A DNA stretch of 64,000 bases from Thalia democratica (Eukaryota). The notes below the pieces were generated by a model that saw only the letters and a list, made by a program, of their open reading frames with translations, was not told where the DNA came from and made no database searches. How positions within the stretch are numbered: position 1 is the stretch's first letter; the number at the start of each line of letters is the position of its first letter. Below are positions 57,005-64,000 of this stretch, one piece after another. The stretch is from positions 13,392,001 through 13,456,000 of the forward strand of contig OZ241834.1 of the NCBI GenBank assembly GCA_965202585.1, in the 5' to 3' direction. A program made the position numbers and the translations under genes.

Positions 57005-60004
57005 CTATATAATTATCAGTGTTGACTATAAAAATTGCTTAATTTACAGAGTAAAGAGCTTATTTGAATAATATTAGTAATATTAGTTGGAATTAACTAT
57101 TCTATTTATTACCAAGTTTTAGTAGAAAAAACTCTGACATTATCAAATATAAATAAAATAATAAACTACAATAGACAATATTGTCTATGTAAAGAGTATT
57201 AAAACCCATTCATGCAGAGGGATCTATATTATTTTAAAACAAATATAACTCAAGTTGTTTCCTGATGAATTTTTTTAATATATGATAAAAATTAACATAT
57301 TTATGTTTAGAAGGTAAAACGTAACTAGGCTTTAAAGATTAGAAATCCAAACAAGTAAAACCCTTTAAAAAATCAAAATAACTGTTTAAATATGCAAATA
57401 CTTCGTTGCCTTAAAACACATTATAAATACACTAGATTGTGCTGCGCTTTTTATCAACTTGAGTGAGTTTGACAGTAATATAAAATTCCACTTGTGTGAC
57501 TACTTCCTTTTTTGCGGCGATGATGTACAGAAAAAAATTATACTGATAGTTATTTTGATGTAACCAAGTTTTATGAAGTTGCAGAGTTATGTGATCTTGT
57601 GGGTTTACAAATTTTCACCAGACTCAAAACTATTTTTGATAACTATTATGTAGACCATGTACACGTTGTTATTGATCTTTCAAAACCATTTGTCTATGAG
57701 AAGATAAGATAAGAAAAGCAACATCTAAGTGGCTGTCAGATGTAAGTTTATAGATAATTTTAGACCTAGGTACGCAAGTAACAATTTTTAGATGTAAATT
57801 TAAACTTACCTAATAATATTTTCCGTCCGTATCGTAAACATATATCTTTATATAATTTTATTAAGGATAATTCTGATAAAAGTGCCTTCAATTAATTGCT
57901 AAAAAGCACCTAATAACACTTTATTAGAACACGAATATATTTAATAAAATTAATTCTTTTTATGATAAGGAACTTATAAGTAATGAATTAACATAAATTA
58001 ATTTAAATAAAGTTGCATCCGACGAGTATAGTCTCCTTATTGTTCTTTAACTTATATAAATTTAGGAAACAATTTTTTCTAAAGTTAGTTATTTTGCGAT
58101 TGACCACTACAATATAAATATGTTAAATTACCATACATTAGCTTTGAAAACGTTCTATAGTTGCATGAGTAATGTTAAGTCTTTTATACAGTCCCATTAA
58201 AAACAACCGTTTTATCTAACCAAATTAAGAGATATATAAAAGCTAATACAAAAAAATAATGTTAATAATAATCCTAGTATTTCAGATAACTCAAACAGTA
58301 GACGTTTTGATATAATATAAAGCAATTTTAGTTTTTGCAAAAACCAGGAAAAAATAAAAAAATTTATACACTAAATACTTAACCAAATGTTTTCAGAAAA
58401 CTTTTTCAGGTTTTTAAAATTACACTTTTTAGGGTTTATTTTTAGTTAAAAATTAAGTTTAAAGTAAAAAACTGTATTAAATAGTATAACGACATTGAAA
58501 AGATATCTTAAAGCTTCTTTAAATGTGTTTTAATAAAAAAATGTTTGATGATGACAAAATTTTTTTATTTATAAGATAGATTTTTAATGTCAAATCGAAA
58601 TTTTACTACTTAACATGTAAAAGTTGTTCAAAACTGCAGGTTTTTCCAAAATTTCTCAAATTCCAGGTTTTTCAGCCTAAACTGTCAAATTCCAGGTTTT
58701 TCCAGGATTACAGGTTTTTTGTCAACCTTATTAATAATAGTCAAAATATTGCGTACTTTTTGCTTTAAAGGTTGCAATCAAAGTTTTCGACTTAAAAAAA
58801 GGAGAATAATTCAATGATAAATAATAGTAATAATAACAATGAATAATGAGAATTTTTTTTTAATTTATAGTAGTAGTATCAACACAAACAATAATAACAA
58901 TGATAAGTCGCCGCATAACTAGAAATATACTCAAAAATAATTTAACTACCTAAATAGCAATAACCCAAAACGTAAAAGTAAAGTGCATAAGACTAATAGA
59001 TAGAATATGTATTCAAAAAATATACGAAATGAGTATTGAAAGCACAAAATATGTTAAATAATTGTAACTTCCGTAGAGTTAATATTGAAAAATTGCAAAT
59101 TAAAAAGTAATTGGTTTATTAAAACTTTTGTTTAAATAGTAAGAAGTAGGGCCCGGAAATTTACTGTATCAATTCAACAGTATGTAGTTTTAAAGGCAGG
59201 TACGCAGGTCATAAACACACTTTTAGAAATATTAATAGAAACACGAAGTACTTGTTTTTTAGATTACGTGTGGAATAATTTTCATACATAAGAGAAAAAA
59301 AAGAAAGGAGTACAGTTAGTAAAAAAAAAATCAAGCCATGTGAGTAGAATCTGTCAAACATGCAATTTAGATGAACAGCAATCGTAGTAGATATAAAGAG
59401 CTACTTCCTAACTAAAGGCAGGGTTTTAAATATAGAAGGTGGCCATTGGTTTTTGGCAAATTTTCTCTAGGTTTTCAAAACTCCTTCCAGGTTTTCGAAA
59501 TTAATCCAAGGTTTTAAAAAATACATCATTTTTTGACCATTTTTACTATAAAATTAGTCTTGAGTTAAAAAAGGTGCTTTTTGATAGATTTAAACTACTT
59601 AATTCTATTGCAATCTGAACAAGTATTTTGAATCAATTTCTTCAAAGTTCTTCTCATATGATTGTTCAAAAACCTTTATGTTGATATAATAGTAAAATAA
59701 CTATTCAAAATTTAAAGTTAATCGTTTGCTAATAAAGATCCTAGCGAAACAAGTTCACTAGAATATATAATAGCCATACAGTCTACTTAAAATAAGTTGT
59801 TAGTTTTAATTTGTTAATTGATTATTATTATTTATTAATCTATTAAAATAAACAATCTAATTGAGATAAAAGATAAGTTATAAAGTATGAATAGTTAAAA
59901 CTTAATACTTAACCATAATTAAATAAAAACATTTAACTTAACTAAATGAAACTTATAACTTATACAAAAAAATTAAGATTTATACAGCTGCTATAAATAC
60001 ATTA

Positions 60005-60538
60005 GGCGGGTGGGTGTTACTTTTGCACAAGAGGACACTTTAGCACAGCGTCACTTTTGCACAGCGACTCTTTTGCACGAGCGTCATTTTTGCACCTAGG
60101 GTCACTTTTGCACGAGGGGACACTTTTTCACAGGTTGAAAAATACTTTAATACTTTGTTATAACTTTTTTTTTTGCTATCACTATTACCCCTAACCCTTA
60201 CCCTCGGTCGGTAGATTTAATATTTCATTATTTTTGTGTTTTATATTTATTTTTATATTTTTATTTATTTTCTTGTTTTTTATTTTTATTAATAGCTTTT
60301 ATTAGGTATATCTTTATATTTTTATATTTATCACTGTTCCTCGGTCAGTAACTTTTTATTTTTTTGTTTTTATTAGTTTACTTAATTTTTCTAGTTTTTC
60401 TATTTTATTTTGTAACTTTTCTTTTATATTTTTACTATCACTGTTATTACTTTTTTTTATGTTTTTTTTTATTAAGTAGTATTTTTTTTTACTTTTTTTT
60501 TTTTTTATTTTACTCTTGTGAAAAATGACTCGTTCCCA
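60005..60538. mobile_element. Element with ~17-bp TTTTGCAC tandem array, CCCTAACCCT motif and inverted terminus
   Basis: Left end GGGTGGGTGTTACTTTTGCACAAG; right end reverse-complements to GGGAACGAGTCATTTTTCACAAG, which matches the start of 43776. Confidence 0.55.
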
Positions 60539-60931
60539 CATAAGGCATAAAAAAAACTGCATCTGAAATTTTTGTTTAGCTCTGCTCTTTCTCTTAGTTT
60601 TCTCTTAATCTAAACTTTATTAAGTTCAAACAGTCAGAAATAGGATTTTATTGACTGATTTTACATTATATTCAAAACAATGGAAATTCAAGTAAAAAAG
60701 TAGTTTCATTAATTAAAGGCATAACTTAACTATTAATTTATTTAGTCGAAAACTTGTAGTATAATTTTTTTAAGTCTAAAATTACTAAATATACAATTTT
60801 TATTAAACAAAATTGTTAAACAACTAAAATTTTAAAATATTCTGTTTTTTTCTTGCCTAAATTGTCATATTCTAGGTTTTTACAGGTTTTGTGGCCACCC
60901 TTAATATAAAATATTTACTCACACTGTAAAC

Positions 60932-61141
60932 CAGGGGTAGACAGACATTAGTAGTCGCTTTTGTAGTTTTTAGTTTTCGTAACAGACCCGAAACAAAAAG
61001 AATACTTTATAATTCATCAATTTTCCATAAAATGTACCTAAGACTTTTTTGCGCTTCATTTCGTATACCAAAATTTCTATTGTAAGATTCAAAATTTTCT
61101 TTTGAAGTCCACCTATGCGGGACTGAGTTTGTCTACCCCTG
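60932..61141. mobile_element. hAT-type MITE (~210 bp)
   Basis: TIR CAGGGGTAGACA / TGTCTACCCCTG; flanks CTGTAAAC / CAATAGAC (partial TSD, central TA). Confidence 0.65.
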
Positions 61142-61801
61142 CAATAGACTACTCAAATAAAACTCCAGCAATACCCCTTTATTTACATTCAGTACGCAGT
61201 TTCATAAATAATCATGAACAGTTAAAATAATTAAATTTAAAATACTAGATATTTTGTTGTGCACTATATAGTATCATACTTTTTTAAATATTTAAAAGCT
61301 TGTACTCAAATACACTATGTCCTTTATCAGATTTTAACAATGATACTAACTCCGTAATTTTAATCTATTTTACTTTTTAAATATTGGTTTTTAGATCTTG
61401 TATTTTTACTTAATTTATTTTATTTGATGCTCTAGTATTGTCCATAAAACATTTTTTAGTTGTGATTGTAAGTTAACATTTAGAAAAAAAAGTTATTTAA
61501 AAATTGTGAGAAAATTTAAAAACATAAACCAATAAGTTAAGATAATATATACCCATATAATATTGTGATGTGATGATTATCTTAAAATAATTTTTGTCGA
61601 GAATTTGCATATTTAGAAATTTTAGATTGTTATTTTTCTACAATTTTATAATATATTTACATACTTGTATCTTTTATGTTTCTAATTCTTAATATTTACG
61701 TTTTTTTTTTGGAAGTATAAAACAAACTTTTATTAGTCGTTTCAATTCAAAACCAAACGTAGTACTTTCAATAGATCACTTTACTTGCTAAGTAAAAATA
61801 C

Positions 61802-62099
61802 CTGTGTGCCGTTCGGGTACTTTTAAAACTTCTAATGGTATCGAAATTCCCTTGAACATACATCTCATCTACCTTCCGTATAGGCCTTGAAGTCGGTGAT
61901 GCTTGGTCAGAGTAATTGACTTCAGACAAGGCAAAGTTGTTCTTACCAATAGAAGTTTCTTTAACGCTACTTTCTGCACTAATACTAATTTGATCATCAT
62001 TTAGTAGAAACGTTGCTGTTTCGTTTGTAGGATTAACATTTACTAAACCTCCATTGCGACCAGTACGAACGCTCGGAGCTCTAGATGATGTTAAGCCCC
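61802..62099 (-). CDS. Internal exon of the unidentified gene
   Basis: CAACAG| ... CACAG|GTATTT; 298 nt open reading GLTSSRAPSVRTGRNGGL...EMYVQGNFDTIRSFKSTRTAH; a GC-richer island. Confidence 0.75.
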
Positions 62100-62222
62100 C
62101 TGTTGAAAAAAGCTACAGATCTATAAAAATAACACAACTGTAGTAAACTGTTAATTAATAATATTTAGTACTCAGTCTGGTCAAAAAATGTTTTAACACT
62201 TTTATAAAACTAATTTACTTAC

Positions 62223-62300
62223 TGTACCTAGTACTGGCACGAGAACTTGCTCTTGCGGGGTAGAATGGCCGAGATTTCAAACTTTGCATATCATCCTTAA
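62223..62300 (-). CDS. Internal exon of the unidentified gene
   Basis: TTTTTTAG| ... ACA|GTAAGT; 78 nt, phase 1-1; KDDMQSLKSRPFYPARASSRASTRY; joins in frame to 62099. Confidence 0.7.
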
Positions 62301-64000
62301 CTAAAAAAGTATTGCTAATAAAAATTAGTGGCTGTGCTTTCAAAGTCTTTAATAAATTTTTCACAGTTTTTAACAAAAAGTTAGAATCGTGACATTAATC
62401 ATTTAAAACAAGTAAAAAAAAGAAGTTTAAATAGCTTATCAAAGAAACTTTATACCGTTTTATTACTTATTTTTTTATATATTAATTGTAAGTTGAGTTT
62501 TTTTTATATGTTCTACAAACGTAAAATTGGATTTAAAATAGGTGATTTTCCTGCCAAAACATATCCTTTTAAATCTTTGCTTTAAAATTCTATTCATTTT
62601 AAGTTTCTTATGGCTTACAAAAAGCGTTTAAAAAATAGATATAATTAATAATTCATTACCTATATAGCAAGTTATTTATGCGGCATAGTTAGAAGTCGAA
62701 GCAATACAAAAATACTGTTGCATAAATTCAATATACATTAGTTCTTATGTTTAACTATTTGTGTTTATATAAAGTATAATAATTTAACTTGCTTTTATTA
62801 ACAGCTGCTAGTTTATTTAAACTACGAAAGAAAAGAAAACAATAAGTTTAAAATATTAAGGGTTTTTTTCTTCCTGTTGTAGAGAAACACTAAACTTTAC
62901 TTTATAAATAACAACTTATATTTATTTTTTGAAGCTGTTAAAATAAAAAAACTAAAAGAAATAAAACGAAAATAATGATATAGACTAAGAAATTGTTTAT
63001 GAGTGTTTTATAATTTAAGAAATCTTAAAGTACTTTTAACTTAACAAAATATATTATAAATTAGAAGTCAGCAAAAAACTTTCAGAAAAGTAAAATCTTT
63101 TTTTTTTAATTTTTCATCGTAAAAATAAAACTTTTATAATAACTTTAAATGGTAAGCATGACAAGCTTTCAAAAAGAGTATTAAAAGATTGGAAATTCTA
63201 AATATTTATATTTTAAAAAAAATCTGAAAGTTATTGTAACTATTTGATAATGATATTGCTAAAATTTTACGATCTACAAATTATTATATTTTATTTAGCT
63301 TTACTGTTTCATTTTAAATACCAATTCTGAAACAAAGTGTTGTTTATATTAAAAACAAAAACAAATGGTCACACCTTAAGCATTTTTGTTAAATTAAATT
63401 CAAATAAATAAATTTCTCGTATAACAATAAACACTGTTAAGCAAAGTTACTGATATAACTATTTTTGATAAAACTGTTATCAGAGCATCAAATACTTAAA
63501 ACAATGCATAGTTTATTGAAGTTAAGATAATATAGTCTTTTGAAGCCATTTACTATACTTAAAATAAATAGAAAGTGTAAAAGTATGTTTGAAAGCAGTA
63601 TCCTGTTTATATTTATATGAAATGAGACAGTTATTTTTTGTTTTTGATGCACTAAACAAAAAATAAGTACCTTGTTTTACACAAAATTCAAAAGTTTTTG
63701 CTAATTGTTTGGCAACTTGATACTACAATTCGTTTATAATGTTTTATATGACTTCGTAAAGAAACAGTTTTGTCTTTAGATAAATGAATCGGAAAAGCCT
63801 TAAAATTTTTACATCCCAACTTGAATAGTTTTTCATATACAACTGTAGTAGTAACTTTCTTAACAGTCAAAAAAAAAATGTTTCTTTAATAATTTTACTA
63901 ATTTTATGTTTTCAATTAATACTTATAAATTTAACTGAAGTTTATTAGTTTAATTTTAAAATACTATTTGTTCTTTTATTTCTATGCATTTACTTTAAAT

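Noticed and set aside
59720-59765. Family C motif CTAATAAAGATCCTAGCGAAACAAGTT as a decayed hammerhead
   Set aside because: None of the four copies has CUGANGA, and the flanks cannot form stem I.
60186-60203. Telomeric array
   Set aside because: Only about two degenerate CCCTAA units, embedded in a dispersed repeat.
60356-60562. Lys-rich 68-aa ORF
   Set aside because: It is a low-complexity A-rich strand of a T-rich repeat interior.
63688-63870. 60-aa minus ORF as an upstream exon of the -AYV gene
   Set aside because: An in-frame stop precedes the nearest donor and there is no clear acceptor. It may be a TE remnant but cannot be supported.

Overview
This is a very AT-rich, intron-containing animal genome window. 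The repeat content and composition suggest a Hydra-like cnidarian, which is an inference. Host genes: (i) a complete 10-coding-exon Sec61-alpha gene on the minus strand (27165..32249, 476 aa when spliced by hand); (ii) the last three exons of an unidentified minus-strand gene ending in a PDZ-type -AYV motif (56773..62300); (iii) a decayed, apparently intronless Ariadne-type RBR E3 ligase (51197..53540). The rest is mostly transposon material. It includes two multi-kb decayed hAT elements with TIRs, TSDs and nested MITEs, RTE and CR1/L2-type 3' fragments, a Penelope-like GIY-YIG fragment, and many fold-back MITEs. The most notable signal is eight hammerhead-ribozyme (HHR) motifs from four repeat families. 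One of them lies in a ~335-bp unit that occurs head-to-tail and inverted at 531..1119, an architecture like a retrozyme or non-autonomous Penelope element. A second unusual family is a ~120-nt structured element with sharp ends, present seven times. Exon coordinates were counted by hand. Repeat boundaries are approximate unless TIRs or TSDs are quoted.
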